A stretch of DNA of 50,613 nt from an uncultured Sangeribacter sp. (GCA_964531005.1 CAZHCM010000001.1:1-50613); one strand, 5' to 3'; shown: positions 1 through 9,795, numbered from the stretch's first letter. Program-made: numbers and translations. Notes: generated from the letters alone by a model not told the origin.

Positions 1-574
1 GGGCGCCGTAGGCCTTGATCTCTATGCGGCTGAGCTGATGGGCGAAGGGGAGCAGTATGCCCGAGAAGAGGTTGTCGGCCATGCTTCCGGTGGTGTATGC
101 GGTGATGAAATCCTCCTGCCGGGCGATGTCGTCGGCCACCCGAAACCCTTTCAGCTTATAGTCGAGGGTGCCGGCGGTGGAGGCGTTGACCAGTTTCGTG
201 GCCGCCACTTCCGGGTAGAAGCCGAAGAACGAAACGGTATGGCTCTCCTTGGTCAGTTCGGGCCAGTAACAGTAGGGGGAGGTATATGTGCTGGCACCGC
301 TGACGATGTCAATTTTCTGGTTGGCGAAGAGGGGTTGCATCACGCCATCCTTCATCAAGCTTGTGTCTTCGAAGTCAAAGGCGGTCACATAGAAACGGGG
401 GAGGTTACTCTCCGTGACGATGTCGGCACGTGTTGTGGCCTCCGGGAGCGATGTCCGGAAATGTATCTGCCTGGCATTCCCGTCTCCGCCCTGGGGCATG
501 TCCTCCTGCGAGCAGGCTGCGAGCGCCATGGCGGCTCCGAGGACGGCATATGCTGGTTTCATTGATAGATTCAT
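1..574 (-). CDS. Fimbrillin-family (Mfa/FimA-like type V pilin) lipoprotein, runs off the left edge
   Basis: Not in the ORF track; my translation: MNLSMKPAYAVLGAAMALAAC-SQEDM...IHFRTSLPEATTRADIVT...FYVTAF...YCYWP...FFGFYP...LPFAHQLSRIEI. Lipobox LAAC, 'TRA' maturation site and Y-WP / F-H-LS motifs are typical of Bacteroidales fimbrillins. Alternative start at 562. Confidence 0.8.
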   Translation of the reverse strand, partial: MNLSMKPAYAVLGAAMALAACSQEDMPQGGDGNARQIHFRTSLPEATTRADIVTESNLPRFYVTAFDFEDTSLMKDGVMQPLFANQKIDIVSGASTYTSPYCYWPELTKESHTVSFFGFYPEVAATKLVNASTAGTLDYKLKGFRVADDIARQEDFITAYTTGSMADNLFSGILLPFAHQLSRIEIKAYGA

Positions 575-640
575 GAAGCGAGTCAGTTAGTAAAATCGAG
601 GCATATAATCCTTCTGAACTTTAACCTTAAAAATTCCCTG

Positions 641-648
641 CAAAGTTA
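641..648 (-). promoter_or_regulatory. Bacteroidetes -7 promoter element (TAACTTTG) for the fimbrillin gene
   Basis: caaagtta on + reads TAACTTTG on -, about 65 bp upstream of the start codon. Confidence 0.65.
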
Positions 649-675
649 CAAAAAACCATGCAATTTCGCAAGCCC

Positions 676-704
676 AACCCGATTTTGTAGCCGAAAATCG
701 GGTT
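676..704 (-). terminator. Stem-loop downstream of the AAA-ATPase gene
   Basis: aacccgatttt (676-686) / aaaatcgggtt (694-704), 12 bp past the stop at 717; weak U-tract. Confidence 0.5.
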
Positions 705-716
705 CGCACTGGCAAA

Positions 717-2324
717 TCACGCCATATCGCCAGAGCATCCGGTCTGGTCAACGCCCCCTATCTCCTCTATCTGCCATCCGGTGAGGCGTCCGGTGGAGGT
801 GCTGAAGTTGGCTCCGATGAGGAAAATCCCCTTTCCTGCGAATCTGTATGGCAACCAATACTCCTTTTCGTGGATCTGCCGTATGGCCTCTTCCGGACTC
901 CGGTCTATCTTGAACTCGAATATGTACAGATATTCCCCCGTCTCCACGCTCAAATCTATTCGCCCGTCTGAAGTGCGCTGCTCGGTATGGGCGACCATCC
1001 CCAACAGCGGGAAAAGGATAAATATGAGATTCTGGAAATGGTCTTCCTTGGAGCCTCGCTCCGAGTAGGGTATAGAGGCCAGGACACTCTGGAGGCGTTT
1101 CATCATGTCTTCAGCCCTACCTTCCATGACGCAGTCCACAAAATCGGCAAGGGTGTAGCCTGTCGTGCTGAACACTGTGGGGAAAAATGTGGTCAGCAAG
1201 TCTTGCAGGAAACCGTGGCGCACCTCTTCGTTGGGGAAATCAAGGGTGAAGTAACGGGTACGCCTGTCGTAGGCCTTTATCGTCAGGTAGCCTGACTGGT
1301 AAAGGGCGGGTATCGGGTCGTTGCCGATGAGGGAGGCACGCTCCAACGCGTCTTGCGAGATTCGGCAGGGAATCAAAGTCTTTAACGGTCGCCCCATCTT
1401 GCGCAGATGGTGCAGGAGATAGGTGGGGGTCCCGGTGGCAAACCAATACAATCCGGTATCGCGCTTCGCGAATACGTTCATAAGGCTGAAGGGATTGTAG
1501 ATATCCACCATGTTTTTGGCGAAATGATATCCGTCATAGAGCTTTTTCAACTCCTCGAGGGTAGCCTCCTGGGTGAGTTGGAGGCTTTTGGCCAAATCCA
1601 TGACCCCTGCCGCGAAATAGCGTGCCAGCTCCTCCGATGTGACTCCGCATATGGCTGCGAAATCATCCTCATATGAAATGTCGCGCAGATTGTTGAGGTC
1701 TGAGAAGATGGAGACCTTGCCGAAGCGGGCCACGCCTGTCAGCATGGCCATCTCAATGTGCTCGTCCATGGTCTTGAGATTGCCGTAGAAACCCTTAAGC
1801 GTCTCCACGAAGCGGTCATAGAGCGCATGGTCGTGCAAGGCGGCGAGCAATGGCTTATCATATTCGTCTATGAGAATGACCACCTTCTTTCCCGTAAGTG
1901 CATGTATCCGCTCGATGGCATGTCCGAAGCGACCCTCCGGTGAGGTGTCGGTGGGATGGAGGCCGTATTCCTGTTCCCACGTCTCAAGGGCCGAGGTGAG
2001 CTTTCCCACCAGAGCCTCCATGTCGTTGTAGACACGGTTGTTGAGGTCCAGATGAAGCACAGGGTGCGGCTCCCAGTCATCGGTCAGCGCATCCAGGGCC
2101 AAACCCTTGAAGAGATCTCGCCGACCGCGATAATATGCCTCAACGGTGGAGAGGAACAGGCTTTTGCCAAACCTGCGTGGCCGCGACAGGAAATAGAATC
2201 CTGGCTTGCGTGTCAGCAGATGCACGTACTCCGTCTTATCGACATACAGAAAGCCGTTTTCCCGGAGTTTGGGAAAAGACTGGATGCCGATTGGATAGCT
2301 TATAGGAGCGGAAGAGACTTTCAT
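717..2324 (-). CDS. AAA-ATPase-like protein with C-terminal PD-(D/E)XK nuclease domain (AAA-ATPase_like + PDDEXK_9 architecture)
   Basis: YPIGIQSF...YVDKT, Walker A RPRRFGKS, Walker B ILIDEYDKP, C-terminal GRID...IFEFK...AIRQI..KEY. Confidence 0.9.
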   Translation of the reverse strand: MKVSSAPISYPIGIQSFPKLRENGFLYVDKTEYVHLLTRKPGFYFLSRPRRFGKSLFLSTVEAYYRGRRDLFKGLALDALTDDWEPHPVLHLDLNNRVYNDMEALVGKLTSALETWEQEYGLHPTDTSPEGRFGHAIERIHALTGKKVVILIDEYDKPLLAALHDHALYDRFVETLKGFYGNLKTMDEHIEMAMLTGVARFGKVSIFSDLNNLRDISYEDDFAAICGVTSEELARYFAAGVMDLAKSLQLTQEATLEELKKLYDGYHFAKNMVDIYNPFSLMNVFAKRDTGLYWFATGTPTYLLHHLRKMGRPLKTLIPCRISQDALERASLIGNDPIPALYQSGYLTIKAYDRRTRYFTLDFPNEEVRHGFLQDLLTTFFPTVFSTTGYTLADFVDCVMEGRAEDMMKRLQSVLASIPYSERGSKEDHFQNLIFILFPLLGMVAHTEQRTSDGRIDLSVETGEYLYIFEFKIDRSPEEAIRQIHEKEYWLPYRFAGKGIFLIGANFSTSTGRLTGWQIEEIGGVDQTGCSGDMA

Positions 2325-2333
2325 ATGGCAAAT

Positions 2334-3104
2334 TTAGCGATTTTCCTCCATTTGGCCAAATTCCCCAGCAAGGGGGAAGTCGAAGGTGAGGCCGGGGGCG
2401 CGGAAAAGGCGCTGGATGTGGCCGCTGCGCATCATCTCGCCGGAGGGGAGGTTGTGAAGGCGCCCGTCGTCGACGAGGGCTATGCAGTCGCAGGTGCGCA
2501 GGGCGACATCAAGCTCGTGGGTGGAGAAGATGATGCACTTCCCCTCATCATGGGCCAGGCGGCGCAGCAGCGCGGCCAATTCGTAGCGGTTGGGCATGTC
2601 GAGGAAGGAGGTGGGCTCGTCAAGCAGCATCACAGGCGTGGACTGCGCCAACGCCCTCGCTATCATGATGCGCTGGCACTCGCCGTCGCTCATCTTGTCC
2701 ATCGTGCGCCGGGCATACGCCCCCATCCCCACCGATTCCAAGGAGCGGGCCACCACCTCGCGGTCTTGCGGCTGAAGCCGCCCTATCCAGTTGGTGTAGG
2801 GGGCGCGCCCTATGGACACCACGTCCTCGCACGTCATGTTGCGGATGCGCGTGCGCTCCGTGGTCACGAAAGCCAGCGTCCGGGCCAGCTCGGGCTGCGA
2901 GAACGACCTCAACGGTTTGCCGTCAAATAGTATCTCACCCCCGTAATGCGGGTTGAGCCCCGCAAGGGCACGCAGGAGCGTGGACTTGCCTGCGCCATTG
3001 CGCCCTATCAGGGCGGTCAGGGTGCCTTGGCGAAACTCCGTGTCTACATGGTCCAGAAGTTTGCGCGTGCCGTAGCCTATCGAGAAATCCTTGAGGGTGA
3101 TCAT
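2334..3104 (-). CDS. ABC transporter ATP-binding subunit (cobalamin/iron-chelate, BtuD/FecE-like)
   Basis: GRNGAGKST, MSDGECQR, LLDEPT, H-switch STHE. Start set at MITLKDF (3104), overlapping the permease stop. Confidence 0.9.
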   Translation of the reverse strand: MITLKDFSIGYGTRKLLDHVDTEFRQGTLTALIGRNGAGKSTLLRALAGLNPHYGGEILFDGKPLRSFSQPELARTLAFVTTERTRIRNMTCEDVVSIGRAPYTNWIGRLQPQDREVVARSLESVGMGAYARRTMDKMSDGECQRIMIARALAQSTPVMLLDEPTSFLDMPNRYELAALLRRLAHDEGKCIIFSTHELDVALRTCDCIALVDDGRLHNLPSGEMMRSGHIQRLFRAPGLTFDFPLAGEFGQMEENR

Positions 3105-4102
3105 ACGGTCATGGATTTGTTGCGCAGCACCACCCACACCACCACCGGTATGCCCAGCAGGGCGGTGATTGCGTTGATGGGGAGCGTGAAGAGTTTGGAG
3201 ATCAGGTCGCAGACGAGCAGTATGGCTGCGCCGGTGAGGATGGTGCCGGGCACGAGCACGCGGTTGTCGCTGTCGTTGAAGAGCATACGCGTGACGTGCG
3301 GCATGGCCATGCCGATAAACCCTATGGGGCCGCAGAAGGCGGTGACGGTGCCTGCAAGCAGGGTCGTGGAGAGGAAAAGCAGGGAGCGGGAGCGGCGCAG
3401 GTCGAGGCCCATCGTGACGGCGTATTCCTCACCGAAGAGTAGGAGGTTGAGGGGCTTGATGGTCACGACGGCCAGAAGCAGCCCGACCACCACCGCTGGC
3501 ACAAGCACCCATAGCTGCGTGGTCGTGACGTCGCCCAGCGATCCCATCGTCCATATGACGAAGGCCTTCAGGGAGTCTTCCCGGCTGAGATATTGCAGGA
3601 TCTGCACCACCGCGCTCACCCCCGACGAGAACATCATGCCCAGGATGAGGATCACCATGATGTCCTTGATGCGGTGTCCGGCCACGGCGATGATGGCCAG
3701 CACAAGGGCCGACCCTATCCAGGCGGCTCCCGCGATGCCTACGGAGGTAAGCGCGGCGGGGAGCCCGAAGAGGGGCGCTCCGAGTATGAACAAGGCCACG
3801 CCCAGCCCGGCTCCGGAACTGATGCCAAGCACATAAGGGCCGGCAAGGGGATTGCGGAAGAGGGTCTGCATTTGCAGGCCGCTGACCGAAAGGGCAGCGC
3901 CGGCCATGACGGCCACTATCGCCTTGGTCAGGCGGATGTTGAGGACGATGCGCGCCGTTGCCCTCGGGCAGTCACCTCCAGTGAGGGCCGCCCAGACATC
4001 GCGCAGGGGTATGGAGATGCTCCCCACCGCCAGGTCAAGCAAGAAGAGCAGCGCCGTGAGGGCCGCCAGGACCAGGAATAGTAGCGAGGTGCGTGTGCGC
4101 AT
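3101..4102 (-). CDS. FecCD-family ABC permease (BtuC-like)
   Basis: GLQMQTLFRNPLAGPYVLGISSGA, GEEYAVTMG (EAA-like loop), GPIGFIG; multiple TM segments. Confidence 0.9.
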   Translation of the reverse strand: MRTRTSLLFLVLAALTALLFLLDLAVGSISIPLRDVWAALTGGDCPRATARIVLNIRLTKAIVAVMAGAALSVSGLQMQTLFRNPLAGPYVLGISSGAGLGVALFILGAPLFGLPAALTSVGIAGAAWIGSALVLAIIAVAGHRIKDIMVILILGMMFSSGVSAVVQILQYLSREDSLKAFVIWTMGSLGDVTTTQLWVLVPAVVVGLLLAVVTIKPLNLLLFGEEYAVTMGLDLRRSRSLLFLSTTLLAGTVTAFCGPIGFIGMAMPHVTRMLFNDSDNRVLVPGTILTGAAILLVCDLISKLFTLPINAITALLGIPVVVWVVLRNKSMTV

Positions 4103-4103
4103 G

Positions 4104-5252
4104 TCATTTCAGGCGTTGATAGTATGTGAACTCCTCCTCCACCAGCTCGGGATGGAAGATCTTGACCAGGTCGCGAAGCACCAGGTCGGGATTGACGATG
4201 CCCGACTCGTAGAAGTCGTTACCACCCCCGGGGGTGGAGCGCAGGTTGTTGTTGTAGACCTGGCCGTCGCGGTAGCATCGGGTGTCTGTCATTTTCGGAC
4301 ACATCCGCCCGACCTCGTCGAGCGAGGCGGCGGTGCCGACGTTGAGCCACATGTCGGCCTCGGCGGTGAGCTTGTATGCCTCCTCCATGTCGATGGGCAC
4401 GGAGGAGTTGCCGGTGTTCTTGCCGTAGATGTATGCGCCGCCGGCATCTTCGATCAGCTGCACCAGATAGTTGCCGGTCGAGGGCATGAACCAGGAGTCG
4501 CCGTAAGGGGCGTTGAGCATCACCGAGGGGGCGTCGAGTGCCGAGTCGGCCACGCGTTGCTTCAGTGCGTTGTACCTTTCCGGTATCCCTTCGTATGCCT
4601 TCTCCCCTTCGGCGCGTTTGCCTGTGATTTCGGCAAGGGCCACCATCCATTCGGCCTTCCCAAGGGGGGACTGCTCCACATAGTCGCCTATGTAGACGTA
4701 GGGGATTCCCAATTCCTTGAGTTTTCCCTCCATCTGGCTGGCGCCGTTGACGCCATAGAGGAGCACGATGTCGGGGTCGAGGGAAACGAGGCGTTCGTAG
4801 TCTATGTTGCCGTCATACCCCACGTCGCCCACGCTGTCGCCCCGGGCAAGAATGCCGGGGTTGGATATGAACTGACGGCCGGAGACGCCCGCCACGCTGC
4901 GTCCCTCCCCGAAGGCGTCGAGCATGGCCAGGTGTGTCGAAGACATGGCGACGATGCGCTTGGCGTCGCCGTCGAGCACCTGCCCGTCAAACCCCTCCGG
5001 GACCTTCTCGCCATCGCGGGCGATGAAGAGGCGTGTCACGACCTCTTCCCCACCCTGCCAGGGATTGCAGATAGTCAGCAGGGTGCTACTGCGCCCATCG
5101 GCCCCCTTGATTTCGAAGCCCGAGGCGTATTGGGGCTTATACAGCTCCACGTTGAAGTCTTCAAGGCGGCTCCCCCCACCTCCCGAGCAGGCGGCAAGAG
5201 CGAGCAGCAGGGTCGCCAGCAGCACCAGTATTGGCAAGTGTCTATTCTTCAT
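4104..5252 (-). CDS. ABC transporter substrate-binding lipoprotein (BtuF/iron-chelate class III)
   Basis: Start MKNRHLPILV with lipobox LAAC; RIVAMSSTH, DYERLVSLDPD, EQSPLGKAEW, FYESG...PDLVLRDL. Confidence 0.85.
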   Translation of the reverse strand: MKNRHLPILVLLATLLLALAACSGGGGSRLEDFNVELYKPQYASGFEIKGADGRSSTLLTICNPWQGGEEVVTRLFIARDGEKVPEGFDGQVLDGDAKRIVAMSSTHLAMLDAFGEGRSVAGVSGRQFISNPGILARGDSVGDVGYDGNIDYERLVSLDPDIVLLYGVNGASQMEGKLKELGIPYVYIGDYVEQSPLGKAEWMVALAEITGKRAEGEKAYEGIPERYNALKQRVADSALDAPSVMLNAPYGDSWFMPSTGNYLVQLIEDAGGAYIYGKNTGNSSVPIDMEEAYKLTAEADMWLNVGTAASLDEVGRMCPKMTDTRCYRDGQVYNNNLRSTPGGGNDFYESGIVNPDLVLRDLVKIFHPELVEEEFTYYQRLK

Positions 5253-5454
5253 GGGATGGGTTATTGCGGCGTCTGTAAATCCGGTTTGATATCGGTATGA
5301 AAATAAGGGAGAACACCAGTCCCTGCACCAGTATGGTCCAGTCAAAGCTCCGGGTGCCATCCGCAAGCAATCCCATGAGCCAGTAGAGGAAGCTGAACAT
5401 CAGTGTCAGCGCCAACACCTGCAAGCAAAATACCAGTATCTTTTTGCTCATCAT
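5242..5454 (-). CDS. Small two-TM membrane protein
   Basis: Two hydrophobic helices with a basic C-terminus; stop overlaps the next gene's start region. Confidence 0.6.
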   Translation of the reverse strand: MMSKKILVFCLQVLALTLMFSFLYWLMGLLADGTRSFDWTILVQGLVFSLIFIPISNRIYRRRNNPSHEE

Positions 5455-5473
5455 CTTTACTTCAGTATGCTGA

Positions 5474-5737
5474 TTAAATCTTTACGAGCTTGATGCCCAA
5501 AGCATCCGAAATCTTTGCGATTGTGCGCAGAGTGAAGTTATGAGTGCCACCAAGCCATCTGGAGACCTCAGCTTCAGTCTTCCCCATACGTTTGGCCAAT
5601 TCCCTTTGAGAGATGTTCTTGCTCTTAAGAATGGCGTCAATCTTATCTGCCAAGGCAAAGGACATGTCAAGCTCCAGCTTAACATCGTTTGGCACCTGTG
5701 CCAAACATTCATCAAAAAATGTAGCCGTAGATCTCAT
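5474..5737 (-). CDS. XRE-family HTH antitoxin (HigA-like)
   Basis: ISQRELAKRMGKTEAEVSRWLGGTHNFTLRTIAKI HTH; ATGA overlap with the upstream toxin. Confidence 0.85.
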   Translation of the reverse strand: MRSTATFFDECLAQVPNDVKLELDMSFALADKIDAILKSKNISQRELAKRMGKTEAEVSRWLGGTHNFTLRTIAKISDALGIKLVKI

Positions 5738-6216
5738 AGTTCAAAAATTTTATCTTCTGCTCCTGTAATCGCTGTTTCCTCGACATGGATGCTTCCATCT
5801 TTTTCAGCTTCTTTCAGGAGCGCATCAAACTTTTGTAAATCCATCACATAGCCATTCAATTCAGAATCTTCATTATACGTTCTGGTTCTCTTGATACCCC
5901 CATTTCCAAGTACCAGAATCTTGTCAGAAAGACGCAAACAGTACAAACGCAATTTTCCTGAATCTACTGGTAAGGCACAAACTCTGTCTGTGTACTTTCC
6001 CTCTCTTCGGAAATATCGTTCCAGCACACCATTTTCCAAGATTTTCTTCAACGCATACAAGATAATCTGATAATCCCGTTGCAATTTACCGTTATCCTTG
6101 AAGCGTGAAAGAAACTTTGAAAATTCCGACATGTCGTCATTTTCAAAAACAATAGTGTAAAGACTGGCTCTATCACTGCTTTGGACCGCTTCTAACTTTA
6201 CTGCTCTATTAGTCAT
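5734..6216 (-). CDS. RelE/HigB-like toxin (toxin-first order)
   Basis: C-terminal KLRLYCLRLSDKILVLGNGGIK is RelE-fold-like; coupled to an XRE HTH; AT-rich relative to its flanks. Confidence 0.65.
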   Translation of the reverse strand: MTNRAVKLEAVQSSDRASLYTIVFENDDMSEFSKFLSRFKDNGKLQRDYQIILYALKKILENGVLERYFRREGKYTDRVCALPVDSGKLRLYCLRLSDKILVLGNGGIKRTRTYNEDSELNGYVMDLQKFDALLKEAEKDGSIHVEETAITGAEDKIFEL

Positions 6217-6265
6217 GTCGGAGGGTTGTTATAATGGTAGCTACCATTATAACAACCCTCCGACA
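6216..6265. repeat. Perfect 50-bp palindrome upstream of the TA operon
   Basis: tgtcggagggttgttataatggtag|ctaccattataacaaccctccgaca, zero spacer. Confidence 0.95.
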
Positions 6266-6302
6266 AAATTTACTTTAAAGGTAAGCCGTTTTTTTCTAAG
6301 AA

Positions 6303-6977
6303 TCAGTTTTCGGAGGGTTTGAAGGCATCCGGGACAGGATTGGAGTTATTCTTCAAGCTGCGGATCTCGTCCTTGAAATATTCCTTGGCGCGGAAGAAGG
6401 AGAGGAGCATCGAGCGGACATACTCCTCGCTGTCAGGGTAGTCGGCAGGCAACAGAATGTCACGTCGGCTGCAGAAACACACCTGTCCCTCCTCGTTGGG
6501 ATCATAGAGCATGACTGAGGGGAGACCCTGGCGGAAGTTGGTCACGTTCATGGCCTGGCGCAGCAACGGCAGGTCCGGCTCATCCTCGCGTACATAGAGC
6601 CAGCCAAGATCCCATATCGACACAAAGCGCCCCCAGAACCGCATGTTGAATGTCTCCCCCTGATACTCCACCGTGAGGCCGTCCTCGCCATCCAGCTCCG
6701 GCTGGCATCGGAGAGCCACCAGCGTGTCATACATATGGCGCCGGGTGACGGCCATCAACTCCTCGGCCGAAAGAGGACTGTCCTCCGAGGTACGGGCGTG
6801 ACCCTCACCGAAGTCGGAAGGACGACCAGCGAACGACCCTCCCAGCGCCTCCTCAGAGTCGGAAGGAGCCTGACAAGCCATGGCAGGGACACTCCCTTCG
6901 GCAGGACGATGATTAACGTAATAGATGCCATAGACGATGGCGGCTGCAAGACAGATGAAAAAAAATGTTGCGAACAT
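6303..6977 (-). CDS. Membrane-anchored protein with a possible YbjN/T3SS-chaperone-like C-terminal domain
   Basis: N-terminal TM, low-complexity linker, then LTVEYQGETF...AMNVTN...RDILL...MLLSFFRAK pattern; own promoter at 7000-7007. Confidence 0.6.
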   Translation of the reverse strand: MFATFFFICLAAAIVYGIYYVNHRPAEGSVPAMACQAPSDSEEALGGSFAGRPSDFGEGHARTSEDSPLSAEELMAVTRRHMYDTLVALRCQPELDGEDGLTVEYQGETFNMRFWGRFVSIWDLGWLYVREDEPDLPLLRQAMNVTNFRQGLPSVMLYDPNEEGQVCFCSRRDILLPADYPDSEEYVRSMLLSFFRAKEYFKDEIRSLKNNSNPVPDAFKPSEN

Positions 6978-7083
6978 AGCGTTAGAAAGTTTAGAGTGAC
7001 AAAGTTACAAAAAATTCCCCAACCTTGCAAGAAAATTCCCCCTTCGCCCCCCGAAAAAGAATTGCTAAGCCTCTTTTTTAGCC

Positions 7084-7869
7084 CTAAGACTTCATTTCTC
7101 GGGGGACGCTCCTACGCTTCAAGGCCCGTGTGATAGAAACGCAATCCTTGACGCCAAAGCAAGTGGCAAGACCTCCGTATAGGAAATACATGCTTGCCAC
7201 CGATCCGGCCATAACGGAGGAGTCTGACAAAAAGAGTCCAATGGCACCAATCAGATTCAGGAGACCGAGCACTATGGCCAGGCAGGCCATGACGAGAGAG
7301 AATATCTGAAAGGCTTTGAAGTGCCGGGGACGCGGAGGAAGCATCTCTTGCCAGGAGGTGCATAGGCATCGTTGGTTATAGTAGAGTTCATAGGGGAATT
7401 GATACGTGTCATCGGCAATCTCCCGACATTGCTCCTGCGTGGGATTGCGACGGAGTGAGAGACGGGCCTTGTTGAAGCGTATGGCCCGGGTTATGCTGCC
7501 GTAAGTAAACACCGCAAACACTGCAAGTGCAATCACGTCGGCTGAGCCATATCTCAGGCATGCCATCCCGATCACGAATGTCGTGACGAGAAAATATATG
7601 GAAGTCACGGTCTCGATGATGGTGTCGCGTAGGAGTCGCTTGCCAAAGGAGGCCACATTGCCAGTGTAGACGTCCTCAAGGATGGCTTCATTCTCCAACC
7701 CCCATTCATAGTTCAGTGTCTCCGGCATTGCCTGCTTGAGTATCCATGAGATGCCCCATACGATGCCCAAGGCCACGATGAACGAGTAATTGTCGATAAA
7801 ACTGTTGTGGATGAGTCCCAGGACCGGATATATCAGAATCCACAGGACGAAATAGAAACTTGTCTTCAT
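7084..7869 (-). CDS. Hypothetical multi-pass membrane protein
   Basis: About six hydrophobic segments, 261 aa. Confidence 0.75.
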   Translation of the reverse strand: MKTSFYFVLWILIYPVLGLIHNSFIDNYSFIVALGIVWGISWILKQAMPETLNYEWGLENEAILEDVYTGNVASFGKRLLRDTIIETVTSIYFLVTTFVIGMACLRYGSADVIALAVFAVFTYGSITRAIRFNKARLSLRRNPTQEQCREIADDTYQFPYELYYNQRCLCTSWQEMLPPRPRHFKAFQIFSLVMACLAIVLGLLNLIGAIGLFLSDSSVMAGSVASMYFLYGGLATCFGVKDCVSITRALKRRSVPREMKS

Positions 7870-7921
7870 AATGCTATTGCTGTGTCTTTTAGTGGTGAAT
7901 TGATCTTGATAGCGACATGGG

Positions 7922-8422
7922 TCAGTCGTGTGCCAGGGAGCATAGGATGAGATAGGTGGGGGTTTGTGTGAATTGGGCGAGATTTTCGGTGGCTTTCACG
8001 TCGTCTGGATAGAGAGCCACTATCGCCTGCGTCACCTTCGGGTATATGCTCCGCACCTCATCCTCCGAGAAGCCATCGGCTATGAGCAGGTGGGCGAAGC
8101 AATCGACGTAGATCAGGAGGTCGCCGAAGATGAGGCGCCCGCAGCGTGCGAGATGCTCCATCACCACGGCCATCAGGCCTCCGACATGCCTGTCGAGCTT
8201 CGTGGTGCCTTCTCCTGTCTCCCCCATGACTATTACCTGCTTCTGGCAGTCAGCCACAAACTCCTCGACGCTTTCGCCGTTGATGGCTTTCAGGAACGTC
8301 AGGCCTCCGGTGAGCAACTCTTGAGGGCAGTACCGGTTGGTGATGGCCGCCCCATTCTCGACAGGGACTGTGACTGTCAGGCGCACATCCTTATGCGTGA
8401 AGAAAAAGGTCTCTTTCTCCAT
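7922..8422 (-). CDS. Hypothetical protein
   Basis: Likely start MEKETFFF at 8422, 13 bp after the upstream stop; the ORF-track extension overlaps the previous gene. Confidence 0.6.
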   Translation of the reverse strand: MEKETFFFTHKDVRLTVTVPVENGAAITNRYCPQELLTGGLTFLKAINGESVEEFVADCQKQVIVMGETGEGTTKLDRHVGGLMAVVMEHLARCGRLIFGDLLIYVDCFAHLLIADGFSEDEVRSIYPKVTQAIVALYPDDVKATENLAQFTQTPTYLILCSLAHD

Positions 8423-8435
8423 GATGCATCCTGGC

Positions 8436-8780
8436 TTAGGCGGTCTGGATACGGTTGGCCATCTGCCATAGGCCGTCGCCGACGAGATAGTGCGTGCCCC
8501 AATCGTACTCCTTGACGATGGTGGCCACGGCCATGGCGGCACAGTAGAGCGATACGGCGTCGCCCGAGCAGGCCCATTCATCCTTGGCAAGCTCACAAAG
8601 CTTGTCGATTACCCCTTCGTTGATGCGGCAGTCGCACACGTCCGCCAATTCCTTCTCGCCCAGATAGGGGAGGATTGCCCGCTGCACTCTGGTCTTGTAG
8701 CTGATCATCTTCGGGAGCGCACTCGCGAAGTCCGAACGGACTTTCTGGGCTGCCTGGTTGAATTCTTGTGTCGTTATCAT
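8436..8780 (-). CDS. Hypothetical protein
   Basis: 114-aa ORF with an AT-rich initiation region, co-oriented with its neighbours. Confidence 0.6.
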   Translation of the reverse strand: MITTQEFNQAAQKVRSDFASALPKMISYKTRVQRAILPYLGEKELADVCDCRINEGVIDKLCELAKDEWACSGDAVSLYCAAMAVATIVKEYDWGTHYLVGDGLWQMANRIQTA

Positions 8781-8889
8781 TTTGTCGTGTCTTTGATGTT
8801 ACAACTAATGATACCGACAGACGGAATAGGTAAACGGGCAATCTCAGCCTTTCCCCATTAAATTAGTGCGCATAAATACACAGAAGACG

Positions 8890-9795
8890 TCAATACACCT
8901 TTACGACCGGGTGCTGGGTGGGACGCAATATCTTGAGGGCGCCATGCTTGCCCTGGGCGAAATAGTCGCCCCATGTGGACATCGCCACATTTGAATCCAG
9001 CAACTTCCCGATGCAAAAGCTGAGCGAGCCATATCTGCGCCCGGAATGTGGCTCCTTACATTCGTAGTTCGACTCTTCGCTCCCGCAGGCGGAGATTACC
9101 GTCAACGTGCCTCCCGAGGAAGGATAGGTGCCCGGTCGCTTGAGACTTCTCAGATATGTCTTGCTTGATTCATTCATCGGGAATTCATCGTCCGTGCCTC
9201 GCACAGTGTCTGACCATTCCACCTCACTGTCGGGATCCGGATCGTCTTCCACATTTCCCCGCTCCGCCCCACCGCTGTAGCAGGCGTCAAACACCACCAT
9301 AACGCTCCCTGTCTTTCCCACCTTGCGTTTAAGCTCGGAAAGATAGGGAAACAGTTCATCGTCCACAAGATGGTTCTGCCCCCTATACCACTTCCCATTA
9401 GTTTTATAGTTTGGAGAGAAACAGGCATCGAAGCATACGAAGGTCTGGTCGTAGCCGTTCGCCTCGTCCCCATTCATATCCTGGACCAGTTGGCCATGGC
9501 CCGAGAAATGAAGATACACGTTGTCGCCTGTCGCGACATTGGCCACAAGCCGCGACAAGGCCGAGGTAACACCTGCCTTGGTGGCCTTGGCATCAGTGAG
9601 ACTTACGACATCATAGTGCCTGGCTCGCTGTTTCTTTTCAAGCAAAGCCACATCGTTGTCACCATGCAACGGGGTCCAGCCAGTGGCCTTACGGTCATAG
9701 GCTCCTATGCCTATCAGCAGGGTCCTGTTCTTGGCATGGGCCGCGCCTATGCCAAGCATGGCAACAAAGGCCAACAGTATGCTTAGCCTCCTCAT
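8890..9795 (-). CDS. Exported metacaspase (peptidase C14)
   Basis: Signal peptide ...GAAHA|K; LLIGI, catalytic HFSGHG and DACYSG, acidic DMNGDEANGYD loop, ISAC...E, GSLSF. Confidence 0.9.
   Translation of the reverse strand: MRRLSILLAFVAMLGIGAAHAKNRTLLIGIGAYDRKATGWTPLHGDNDVALLEKKQRARHYDVVSLTDAKATKAGVTSALSRLVANVATGDNVYLHFSGHGQLVQDMNGDEANGYDQTFVCFDACFSPNYKTNGKWYRGQNHLVDDELFPYLSELKRKVGKTGSVMVVFDACYSGGAERGNVEDDPDPDSEVEWSDTVRGTDDEFPMNESSKTYLRSLKRPGTYPSSGGTLTVISACGSEESNYECKEPHSGRRYGSLSFCIGKLLDSNVAMSTWGDYFAQGKHGALKILRPTQHPVVKVY

Noticed and set aside
5253-5480. Cobalamin riboswitch upstream of the btu-like ABC genes
   Set aside because: The region is occupied by a small membrane ORF and the TA pair, and I see no B12-box pattern, so substrate specificity remains unassigned.
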